Source: a virus
Taxonomy: Duplodnaviria; Caudoviricetes
DNA: 53,531 nucleotides
IMG/VR virus record: IMGVR_UViG_3300025141_000131
Coordinates: 1-53,531 of that record
Reading direction: 5' to 3' (one strand)
In this document: one piece after another, positions 1-6,587 of the stretch
How positions within the stretch are numbered: position 1 is the stretch's first letter
Layout: every line of letters starts with the position of its first letter
Made by a program: the position numbers and the translations under genes
The notes under the pieces: model-generated
Databases searched by the model: none
What the model was told of the DNA's origin: nothing
The model's input: the letters and a program-made list of their open reading frames with translations, nothing else

Positions 1-16
1 TATAATTTTCTTTGTG

Positions 17-127
17 TCATTTGTATCTTTTATTATTGAGACGGTCATAATGTTTGTCTAATAAGATCATCGCCACCTCTTCTGAGATCATATTGTCGTT
101 GTATAATTGCCATATTAATTTACTCAT
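17..127 (-). CDS. small hypothetical protein (36 aa, MSKLIWQLYNDNMISEEVAMILLDKHYDRLNNKRYK)
   Basis: Manually translated; below ORF-track cutoff; overlaps the stop of the upstream ORF and has an ATGA overlap with the next start at 20. Confidence 0.55.
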   Translation of the reverse strand: MSKLIWQLYNDNMISEEVAMILLDKHYDRLNNKRYK

Positions 128-293
128 CTTTTTTGTTTTTATGATGGAAATAAGGAGAACCTGTTGATGATAAATCTTGGTCCTCTAAATAATCTCCATT
201 CTGCCACTCACCACATTCTTGGCATTTTGAGTCGCATATTATATACTGGTGGTATACTAATTCCGTACTACCACAAAATTTACATTTATTCAT
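120..293 (-). CDS. small zinc-ribbon protein (57 aa)
   Basis: Manual translation MNKCKFCGS...SKCQECGEWQ: two CxxC motifs; overlaps the ligase stop. Confidence 0.6.
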   Translation of the reverse strand: MNKCKFCGSTELVYHQYIICDSKCQECGEWQNGDYLEDQDLSSTGSPYFHHKNKKDE

Positions 294-1113
294 AATCTCT
301 TAGTCCTTTAAATAGTGGATGTCTATAACTTCCAGCTTTAGTTCGTTCAAAATATGTAAATGTAGCTGTTTTTCCTATATAATGATGTATATTCTTTGTC
401 ATCGCAGCCATATCTTTATAAGTATATCCTTTACCTGGAGGACATCCAAACTTAATACCTTCTTCATCTTCCATATACCATTTACCTAGAGTTCCTTTTC
501 TTTTTCCTTTACCTTCTTCATACCCTATGATTGTAGCTTCAGCGTCGTGGAAATCTTTGAATTTCATTAAATGCCACGATCTTTTTTGAACATATTTCTT
601 ATCTAATCTAAGTATAGATCCTTCATATCCTTTATCTAAAAACTTTTGATGTTGTCTTCTAGCTCTAGTCATATTTTTAACTGTCACGCTATCTACTAGT
701 TTTATATGTTCATTGTAAATTTTCTTTTTAAGTAAGTAACCATATCTTAATCCATAAGATTTAGCTTGAACTACATCATAAACATGATATTGTATAAGAT
801 TTTCAGCTTCTATTCTATCTTGTTTTTTTGGTTTTTGTTTTCTAACTAATGATATAATCTTTTCAAAATTATCTCTTAATTCATGATTGTATAATTCTCC
901 GTCTAATACTGTATTAGGGGATTTACTAAAAAAAGCTTTTAAATCTTTTTCTATGTGTGCTAAATTCTTAAACTTTTTACCAGTTCTAGAATACGCTCCA
1001 TTCTTAGTAAATAAGCATCTAACCCCATCTAGTTTGGGTTGCATATATACTATAGAGTTCCAGTCGATTCTACTTTCATCGACTTTTTGAGCTAACATTG
1101 GGTTTATTTTCAT
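286..1113 (-). CDS. ATP-dependent DNA ligase (minimal phage type)
   Basis: Motif I PKLDGVR, motif III LDGELY, YDV, motif IV EGSILR, KRS..LMKFK, C-terminal OB fold ending RHPLF. Confidence 0.93.
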   Translation of the reverse strand: MKINPMLAQKVDESRIDWNSIVYMQPKLDGVRCLFTKNGAYSRTGKKFKNLAHIEKDLKAFFSKSPNTVLDGELYNHELRDNFEKIISLVRKQKPKKQDRIEAENLIQYHVYDVVQAKSYGLRYGYLLKKKIYNEHIKLVDSVTVKNMTRARRQHQKFLDKGYEGSILRLDKKYVQKRSWHLMKFKDFHDAEATIIGYEEGKGKRKGTLGKWYMEDEEGIKFGCPPGKGYTYKDMAAMTKNIHHYIGKTATFTYFERTKAGSYRHPLFKGLRDYE

Positions 1114-1355
1114 AATCTTTCTAATTGTTTTTGTAATCTATCTATTTTATTTTTAATAATCGCAGCTTTTTCATACTGCTCTGTGTCTTCATAAGTAACC
1201 ATTAGAGTCATTAATCTAGCTAATTCTGCTATTAATAGTTCATAAGGACTTCCCATCTTTTCCATTAATAGATGATCCATCTCTTTAACCTCTAATTGTT
1301 TAATAATTTCTTCAGCTACTAATTGAGCTAAACGTTTTATTTGTTCATCAGTCAT
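1110..1355 (-). CDS. hypothetical protein with UvrB/UvrC-type coiled-coil motif
   Basis: C-terminal EQYEKAAIIKNKI resembles the UVR motif (E.YE.AA..RD.I). Confidence 0.6.
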   Translation of the reverse strand: MTDEQIKRLAQLVAEEIIKQLEVKEMDHLLMEKMGSPYELLIAELARLMTLMVTYEDTEQYEKAAIIKNKIDRLQKQLERL

Positions 1356-1387
1356 ATTATCCGATTTTTGTTGTCGTTTGTTTGTAA
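1354..1387 (-). promoter_or_regulatory. early promoter-like motif, degenerate copy
   Basis: TTACAAACAAACGAC-N9-CGGATAATAT on the minus strand; same 9-nt spacer as four other copies. Confidence 0.55.
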
Positions 1388-1569
1388 TCTATATAAAATC
1401 CTATTGCTACAATAATATTCATGCCTATACTACTTAATATTTCATATAGGTCATGAAAACTATGTATTGATAAGTGGATATGTCCTACTATCCAAAATGG
1501 GATAGCTAGTTGTTGACTGATCCATATTAATAGGAATTTTATAAATTCTGTAATTCTTTTTTTAAACAT
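1357..1569 (-). CDS. small membrane protein
   Basis: Two hydrophobic segments in 70 aa; co-oriented in the operon. Confidence 0.6.
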   Translation of the reverse strand: MFKKRITEFIKFLLIWISQQLAIPFWIVGHIHLSIHSFHDLYEILSSIGMNIIVAIGFYIDYKQTTTKIG

Positions 1570-1618
1570 GTAATTATATAATTATATTCATTATAAATAT
1601 GAAATATTTATCTATGTA

Positions 1619-2086
1619 TTAGATATGGGATTCCCTTGTTTCTCCATTAGCAAAATCAGTATATGGCATAGGATCTTTATCTCTTACATATCTGGATATA
1701 ATTTTAGACGGTGTCTCTACAAATATACACTTGTTAGTATATAAGTTCCAACAAGTTACATGAATTTTCTTTTTATCTCCACTCCATATAGTATAAATAT
1801 ACTCTACATCTATAATATCCGCGTCATTAGGATATAAATAACAACTATCATAATACATATCATGTACTAATTTACTCGCCATTCTAGCTCCATCTGAGTT
1901 GGAATTATTATGTGCCAATAGCCAATTAGCTATTTGTACTCCTTGCCATTCAGGATAACCATCATGGTGCATATACATATTAACATATGCATGTTCAATT
2001 ACTCTATCAGGGTGAACACTGAATCCTTCTGTAAATTCACTTGTGTGATGTCTATCCACCACTCTTATTATATTTCTTGTACTCAT
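1619..2086 (-). CDS. phage hypothetical protein (Y.HHDGYP motif)
   Basis: 155-aa ORF; MSTR start and YMHHDGYP motif of a kind recurrent in phage early proteins; function unknown. Confidence 0.7.
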   Translation of the reverse strand: MSTRNIIRVVDRHHTSEFTEGFSVHPDRVIEHAYVNMYMHHDGYPEWQGVQIANWLLAHNNSNSDGARMASKLVHDMYYDSCYLYPNDADIIDVEYIYTIWSGDKKKIHVTCWNLYTNKCIFVETPSKIISRYVRDKDPMPYTDFANGETRESHI

Positions 2087-2102
2087 AATTTATTTAATTT
2101 AG

Positions 2103-2176
2103 GTGCGGGAGTAGGATTCGAACCTACGACCTCGAGCTTATGAGGCTCGCGAGCTGGCCAACTGCTCTATCCCGCA
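2103..2176 (-). tRNA. tRNA-Met (CAT), initiator-like body
   Basis: TGCGGGA/TCCCGCA acceptor, GAGC/GCTC D stem, CGAGC-CTCATAA-GCTCG anticodon arm, GTAGG-TTCGAAT-CCTAC T arm; CCA not encoded. Confidence 0.92.
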
Positions 2177-2182
2177 ATATTT

Positions 2183-2261
2183 TACCGGCTGTCACTACGA
2201 CTGGCTTTGTACAACTGATACCTCAAGGAAGCCAAGGCGTCGGTTTACTGTTAGGCCGGTA
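2183..2261 (-). ncRNA. unassigned structured RNA (79-nt irregular hairpin)
   Basis: Nested helices TACCGGC/GCCGGTA, CGAC/GTCG, TGGCTT/AAGCCA; GC-rich island between two tRNA-like genes; strand inferred from context. Confidence 0.6.
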
Positions 2262-2266
2262 TTTAG

Positions 2267-2365
2267 TGGACGTGGCAGGAATCGAACCTGCGTTAGTAAG
2301 ATAGCTACTGGATGTCTCATAGAGATCACAGCTTGCCAACATCTTACTCTAACCATTTCACGCCC
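2267..2365 (-). ncRNA. mini-tmRNA: tRNA-like domain only, Ala identity, no mRNA-like domain
   Basis: GGGCGTG/CACGTCC-A acceptor with G3-U70 and A73; unpaired D-loop AAATGGTTAG; helix AGTAAGAT/ATCTTACT; T arm GCAGG-TTCGATT-CCTGC. Confidence 0.75.
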
Positions 2366-2369
2366 ATAT

Positions 2370-2516
2370 GAGACAGTGTTTCGGAACAGGTAGTTTCTAG
2401 AATTATCATTTATACCGTTTTCTGTTTTGACGCACCACGATCGGTTGCTCTAAGGAATACTCCCGCTGAGTCTTACACCCGGTAATCGCCTAACGTGACC
2501 TGTATGCCACTGTCTC
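2370..2516 (-). ncRNA. unassigned multibranched RNA (147 nt)
   Basis: Perfect 9-bp closing helix GAGACAGTG/CACTGTCTC, then ACAGGT/ACCTGT, TACCG/CGGTA and two inner hairpins. Confidence 0.65.
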
Positions 2517-2520
2517 TATT

Positions 2521-2568
2521 GTTGAATATTCCTGAGTTCATAACGAGCCCTCACCAGTTCAATTCAAC
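2521..2568 (-). ncRNA. short hairpin element at the head of the ncRNA array
   Basis: GTTGAAT/ATTCAAC closing helix and TGAG/CTCA inner helix. Confidence 0.4.
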
Positions 2569-2576
2569 TTTATTTT

Positions 2577-3017
2577 TTATTCAGATTCAGGATATTCATA
2601 TCCTTCATCTTTTAATTGATCTTCAATTTCTTCATATTTATCCATATACCATTCTTCATATAAAGCTTCTATAACTTCTTCAAATCCATATTCATCTTGG
2701 CTATAAGAGTCTACATAAACTCTACATCCATCTCTTAAGTAGTCAGCTAGTTTTTCAAACCATTCATTTTCATAATAATATACATCTTCATTAATACATA
2801 CATTACCTTCTTGTTCAGTTGCTATCCATACTTCATAGCCATCTGCGGTAGCGTCAGTATAAAAATAAGCATCACACTTATCCCAATCCTTTACAATTGA
2901 AAAGTTATATATATTTTCTAATAATAGTAATCTATCTTCTTGACTTGTTTCATTTGGCTCAGTCATGCCATCTTTAGCTAATCTCTTTAGAATTAGTTCT
3001 TCAGTAAGTGTTTTCAT
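2577..3017 (-). CDS. highly acidic hypothetical protein
   Basis: 146 aa; about 41 D/E versus about 12 K/R by manual count; Tyr/Trp rich. Confidence 0.75.
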   Translation of the reverse strand: MKTLTEELILKRLAKDGMTEPNETSQEDRLLLLENIYNFSIVKDWDKCDAYFYTDATADGYEVWIATEQEGNVCINEDVYYYENEWFEKLADYLRDGCRVYVDSYSQDEYGFEEVIEALYEEWYMDKYEEIEDQLKDEGYEYPESE

Positions 3018-3211
3018 TTAATTAATTTTAAGTTAAGTTCTTTTGCTACATAATTAACATGTTTAGAAGTAGTAGGACTTGAAGTCATACCATTAACTCT
3101 CCACGCTACTTTATGTAGTTCGTCACCAATTATCTCAGCAACTAGAGTATTATAAGAGTATACATTACTCCCATCTACTCTTAAATTCATTTTATATTTA
3201 TCTAATTTCAT
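3014..3211 (-). CDS. hypothetical protein (YSYNTLVA...SPTTSKHVNY)
   Basis: 65-aa ORF overlapping both neighbours. Confidence 0.7.
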   Translation of the reverse strand: MKLDKYKMNLRVDGSNVYSYNTLVAEIIGDELHKVAWRVNGMTSSPTTSKHVNYVAKELNLKLIK

Positions 3212-3437
3212 CTTTAAATAGTTTTACACCAAATTTCCAGTCAACATAATCCCAAGTTCTCTCATCTATATCTGCCCATAGAATCAAATCTCTCATTTCT
3301 CCTACACTTAGTTCACTGTATAAATATTTATTATCTAAACTTTCATACAGTTCAGTGATACAGTAATCATATTTATCTCTACTCTTTTCAAGAGCTTCAA
3401 CGATTTCTGGTCTTAGTTGTGCTAGTAATGTTGTCAT
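3198..3437 (-). CDS. hypothetical protein
   Basis: 79-aa ORF directly downstream of a promoter motif. Confidence 0.7.
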   Translation of the reverse strand: MTTLLAQLRPEIVEALEKSRDKYDYCITELYESLDNKYLYSELSVGEMRDLILWADIDERTWDYVDWKFGVKLFKDEIR

Positions 3438-3440
3438 TTG

Positions 3441-3480
3441 TTTATTATATTATCCATTAATATTCGTATTTTGTTTGTAA
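3441..3480 (-). promoter_or_regulatory. early promoter-like motif
   Basis: TTACAAACAAAATAC-N9-TGGATAATATAATAAA. Confidence 0.75.
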
Positions 3481-3485
3481 TTTAG

Positions 3486-3570
3486 TAACTAGAAGAGGAA
3501 TCGAACCTCTTTACCCGTCAGTAGTCAGTGGGATAATCAGCATTAAGCCTTCTCCACGCCATACCTAGTT
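3486..3570 (-). ncRNA. D-armless tRNA-like RNA (85 nt)
   Basis: AACTAGG/TCTAGTT-A acceptor, T arm AGAGG-TTCGATT-CCTCT, central GTGG/CCAC helix, no canonical D or anticodon arm. Confidence 0.6.
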
Positions 3571-3576
3571 ATCAGT

Positions 3577-3701
3577 AAAATAATCAGAGTCACACAAGCA
3601 ATTCAGTTACGTGATTTAGGGACCGCGCTTAGCGGTCTCTTTACGGTATTAACCCACCCAAATCCTATTAACCTACTCGTCTTGGTTCTGTCCGTTATTT
3701 T
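3577..3701 (-). ncRNA. unassigned structured RNA with apical three-way junction (~125 nt)
   Basis: Helices CGAGTAG/TTGCTTG, GTTA/TAAC, GATTTGGG/CCTAAATC, hairpins GGT-TAAT-ACC and GACCGC-TAAGC-GCGGTC; most G-U pairs favour the minus strand. Confidence 0.6.
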
Positions 3702-3888
3702 ACAAGTGCCATTCTTTTAAAAGTTTAATGGCATATGATTTAATTTTATCAAAAGTTTTATCATCTAACATTCCATTGTCAAATGTTATAATTCTTTCTA
3801 ATTGTCTTTCTATTTGACCACAAAGCTCTGTTGCTTCTTTGTCAATATAGTCTTCTTTCATTTCCTCGTATTTTTTTCTACTATTCAT
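3700..3888 (-). CDS. hypothetical protein
   Basis: 62-aa ORF in a tightly packed minus-strand operon. Confidence 0.65.
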   Translation of the reverse strand: MNSRKKYEEMKEDYIDKEATELCGQIERQLERIITFDNGMLDDKTFDKIKSYAIKLLKEWHL

Positions 3889-3889
3889 A

Positions 3890-4105
3890 TTATTGTATTT
3901 CTCCTAGTATTATTAAATCTAAATCAGATTTTTTATAACATCTTTTTTGTTGGTAATTAATATATCTTGTTTCTATATCTCTTGCTTTTAACAATTCTTC
4001 ATTCCACATTCTTTGATCTATTTTATAAAATGTATAAAATACACCTATAAAAAAGCTCATTCCTGTTAAAATAATGAGATAAAATACTCTTTCTATTTTT
4101 CTCAT
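3890..4105 (-). CDS. small membrane-anchored protein
   Basis: N-terminal hydrophobic helix; resembles 4722..4889. Confidence 0.65.
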   Translation of the reverse strand: MRKIERVFYLIILTGMSFFIGVFYTFYKIDQRMWNEELLKARDIETRYINYQQKRCYKKSDLDLIILGEIQ

Positions 4106-4296
4106 AAAAATTTACTCCAATGATCTTGATCTATCACCCATGTTAAACCTTTATAGTTAAACCATTGATAAATACCTTCTTTGTCTTCTTTATATTTAAA
4201 TCCAAATCTTGGAGGTAAACTACCAACATCATAACCCTTATATTTAACATCGTTTAATTTAAGTGTTGTTTTGCTTGTTAATTTAATTCTATTCAT
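4102..4296 (-). CDS. hypothetical protein
   Basis: 64-aa ORF with a 4-nt overlap to the next gene. Confidence 0.65.
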   Translation of the reverse strand: MNRIKLTSKTTLKLNDVKYKGYDVGSLPPRFGFKYKEDKEGIYQWFNYKGLTWVIDQDHWSKFL

Positions 4297-4303
4297 AATT
4301 TAT

Positions 4304-4711
4304 TTAATTTAAGTAATTTCTTTTGTAGAATTCTAGCATATAATTCATTCTTGCTAGTCCACTATATATTTTTTCTCTTGCTATCATTACAGTTTTATGT
4401 GTATATAACTTATCTCCATCTAACATAGTCCACCTAACATTCTGTTTATATTGTTTGTTAAGTTGATAATTAGATGAGCAAGAATTTTGATTTCTTACAT
4501 AACCTGTCTTAAAACAAGCTAATCTTAATCTTTTGTCAGAAGATATTAACTTACCATTATGTCTATAATGCCAAGCAGGTACAGGAAATTCAAATTCTCT
4601 TGTTCCATTTTTTGCTTGTCTTTGTGTAGTTACTTCGCGAATATTATATTCTACGAGTAATCTTCTTGCGTAAGCGTCTTCTAGCGCTTGTCTTTCTTGT
4701 CTCCAATTCAT
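4304..4711 (-). CDS. basic hypothetical protein
   Basis: 135-aa ORF with an AT-rich leader. Confidence 0.7.
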   Translation of the reverse strand: MNWRQERQALEDAYARRLLVEYNIREVTTQRQAKNGTREFEFPVPAWHYRHNGKLISSDKRLRLACFKTGYVRNQNSCSSNYQLNKQYKQNVRWTMLDGDKLYTHKTVMIAREKIYSGLARMNYMLEFYKRNYLN

Positions 4712-4721
4712 AATTTAGTTA

Positions 4722-4889
4722 TTATCCTAAGATAAATGTTTCAACATCTTGCCAGTGATACCAATCACTATCAAACCTGTTTTCCCATCTTTCTTTAATT
4801 TCTTGTGTCATTGTTTCTCTACCAGCTATAAAACTTGCTGAAGATAACAATATAATAAGAAATATTGATTTAATTTGATTTTTTTTCAT
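4722..4889 (-). CDS. small membrane-anchored protein (55 aa)
   Basis: Manual translation MKKNQIKSIFLIILLSSASFIAG...WYHWQDVETFILG; directly follows a promoter motif. Confidence 0.65.
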   Translation of the reverse strand: MKKNQIKSIFLIILLSSASFIAGRETMTQEIKERWENRFDSDWYHWQDVETFILG

Positions 4890-4895
4890 TTTGTT

Positions 4896-4935
4896 TTTAT
4901 TATATTATCCAAAAATAATTGTATTTTGTTTGTAA
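4896..4935 (-). promoter_or_regulatory. early promoter-like motif
   Basis: TTACAAACAAAATAC-N9-TGGATAATATAATAAA; both boxes identical to 3441-3480. Confidence 0.75.
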
Positions 4936-4939
4936 TTCT

Positions 4940-5200
4940 CTATCTTTTATCTGGTTTTCTAAAGTCTTTAAGAAAGAATTTAAACTTTCTAAAGATCTTC
5001 GTTCCCCATATGTTCTCATCTACACAAACATAAGTATCTAGTTGTGGATTTGTAGCGAGAAATTGTTGAAGATTATCATACTTCTTTACTTTATCATGAT
5101 GGATTACTCCCCACTGATCTTTAATTTCACATTGTCTAAAGCATACTTCATTAGTCTCTTGTATTCCTAAGAGTGCTAAAGTTATTAACATTTTATTCAT
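4940..5200 (-). CDS. hypothetical protein
   Basis: 86-aa ORF, overlap-coupled. Confidence 0.6.
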   Translation of the reverse strand: MNKMLITLALLGIQETNEVCFRQCEIKDQWGVIHHDKVKKYDNLQQFLATNPQLDTYVCVDENIWGTKIFRKFKFFLKDFRKPDKR

Positions 5201-5406
5201 AATTTAAGGTTATATATTTGTTTATTTAAATTTTCTATTACTCTTTCCATTATATAACTGTGAGCGTCATTATAAAGCGCTTCATTATTATACTCAATAT
5301 TTAAATCACTATTAGATAAGTGGAAATCACTTACTTTATATAATTTTTCTAACATTTCTTCTGATATATTATTCACTAATCTATCTAATTCTTTAGTTTT
5401 ACTCAT
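5197..5406 (-). CDS. hypothetical protein
   Basis: 69-aa ORF. Confidence 0.6.
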   Translation of the reverse strand: MSKTKELDRLVNNISEEMLEKLYKVSDFHLSNSDLNIEYNNEALYNDAHSYIMERVIENLNKQIYNLKL

Positions 5407-5417
5407 TTTATTTATTT

Positions 5418-5627
5418 TTATTTAACCATATTTAGTGGATTTTCAGCATATTTCGCTATTCCTTGTCGCCAAGTCCACTCTCTTTTGCGATATTCATAGT
5501 CAGTACACCATTTTTTCCAACCTCTAATGGAGTCGTTTTCACCATATTTAGCTTCAAATTCTTGTACTTGTTTTAGTTTTGCAGCGATTTTATTCGCATC
5601 ATAATCTTTAAATTCCATCATCTTCAT
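5418..5627 (-). CDS. hypothetical protein
   Basis: 69-aa Trp-rich ORF. Confidence 0.65.
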   Translation of the reverse strand: MKMMEFKDYDANKIAAKLKQVQEFEAKYGENDSIRGWKKWCTDYEYRKREWTWRQGIAKYAENPLNMVK

Positions 5628-5735
5628 ATTTTATTGGGTTATTAAATTCTTGTTTAAGAGTTGAGTACAATAATTCATCAAAGTAATCATCTCTATCTAC
5701 AAATCTCTGTTGTATTTTACTATAATATTTCTTCA

Positions 5736-5903
5736 TTATTCAAATTTATCTATTAAGTCAATACATTCATCTATTTCTTCATCACTTAAAGTATATACAT
5801 ATTCATATAAATATTCATCAAGTGACATTTTTTCCTCTTTAAGTTGATATTTCTCATCTAATTTCTCCATGAGTTCTATCGCTTGTTCGTGTAAGTTTTT
5901 CAT
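5736..5903 (-). CDS. small acidic protein (55 aa)
   Basis: Manual translation MKNLHEQAIELMEKLDE...ECIDLIDKFE. Confidence 0.55.
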   Translation of the reverse strand: MKNLHEQAIELMEKLDEKYQLKEEKMSLDEYLYEYVYTLSDEEIDECIDLIDKFE

Positions 5904-5907
5904 ATTA

Positions 5908-6042
5908 TTATTCTTTTATTTCCCAATCTACATCTTCAAGATCATCAAAGTGACTTCCATCATAGAATATATCTTCAAGAAGATTATTTATTTCATCAAA
6001 GGTTAGATTAGATTTTAGTGTAATTGTTACTTTTTTATACAT
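5908..6042 (-). CDS. small acidic protein (44 aa)
   Basis: Manual translation MYKKVTITLKSNLTFDEINNLLEDIFYDGSHFDDLEDVDWEIKE. Confidence 0.5.
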   Translation of the reverse strand: MYKKVTITLKSNLTFDEINNLLEDIFYDGSHFDDLEDVDWEIKE

Positions 6043-6148
6043 TATCTATTATTTTATTTATTTCATCTTGTAATTCATCACCTTCAAATTCATATTGTAA
6101 ATGTGAATATTCTTGTATTATTTGATTATAGATTTCTTCTCTATTCAT
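6035..6148 (-). CDS. small acidic protein (37 aa)
   Basis: Manual translation MNREEIYNQIIQEYSHLQYEFEGDELQDEINKIIDNV. Confidence 0.5.
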   Translation of the reverse strand: MNREEIYNQIIQEYSHLQYEFEGDELQDEINKIIDNV

Positions 6149-6168
6149 AATTTATTATTTAATATTAG

Positions 6169-6212
6169 TTAATATGAAGAGAATCGAACTCTTCCTCGTT
6201 CCAAAATATTAA
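6169..6212 (-). ncRNA. 44-nt tRNA minihelix-like element
   Basis: TTAATAT/ATATTAA stem stacked on GAAGAG-TTCGATT-CTCTTC T arm, joined by the 11-nt linker TTTGGAACGAG. Confidence 0.55.
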
Positions 6213-6226
6213 TTTAGAGTAGTATG

Positions 6227-6457
6227 TTACTGTACTTCACACACTTCTCTCACTACAACAGGTACATTAGTTGAACTAGTATATGAGTTGTATTTTTTGA
6301 AACAATTAAGAGAATTTAATTTATCTTTCATAATTTCATACACTTCATCGTGATTATAAGATACTTTCTTACCACTTTTGAATTCAACATTTATAGTTGT
6401 GTTTTTACCGATTAGTGATTTTCTTATCACAAATCTTTTTAAATTTAAGTTTGACAT
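6227..6457 (-). CDS. hypothetical early protein (KRFVIRKSLIG)
   Basis: 76-aa ORF downstream of a promoter motif. Confidence 0.7.
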   Translation of the reverse strand: MSNLNLKRFVIRKSLIGKNTTINVEFKSGKKVSYNHDEVYEIMKDKLNSLNCFKKYNSYTSSTNVPVVVREVCEVQ

Positions 6458-6518
6458 AGTTTTTAATTTTAATTTATTATTTATTATTTATATTTAAGAA
6501 ATTGATTTTCAAGATCTT

Positions 6519-6558
6519 ATATTATTATTATCCAATTATAAACATAATTTGTCTGTAA
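6519..6558 (-). promoter_or_regulatory. early promoter-like motif
   Basis: TTACAGACAAATTAT-N9-TGGATAATAATAATAT. Confidence 0.7.
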
Positions 6559-6587
6559 TGTTCATAAGTGTTAATTTGTTTATTATA

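Noticed and set aside
2183-2261. HDV-like theta ribozyme after a tRNA-like 3' end, or SRP 4.5S RNA
   Set aside because: Helices are nested rather than double-pseudoknotted; the SRP GNRA/AGCAG motif is incomplete
2370-2420. Minus-strand frame GINDNSRNY as a tmRNA tag supplied in trans
   Set aside because: No stop or terminal Ala-Ala within the RNA, and the order does not match permuted two-piece tmRNA genes
3610-3670. TPP riboswitch or 16S rRNA fragment (TAATACC)
   Set aside because: Only a 7-10 nt match; no CTGAGA element or further rRNA similarity
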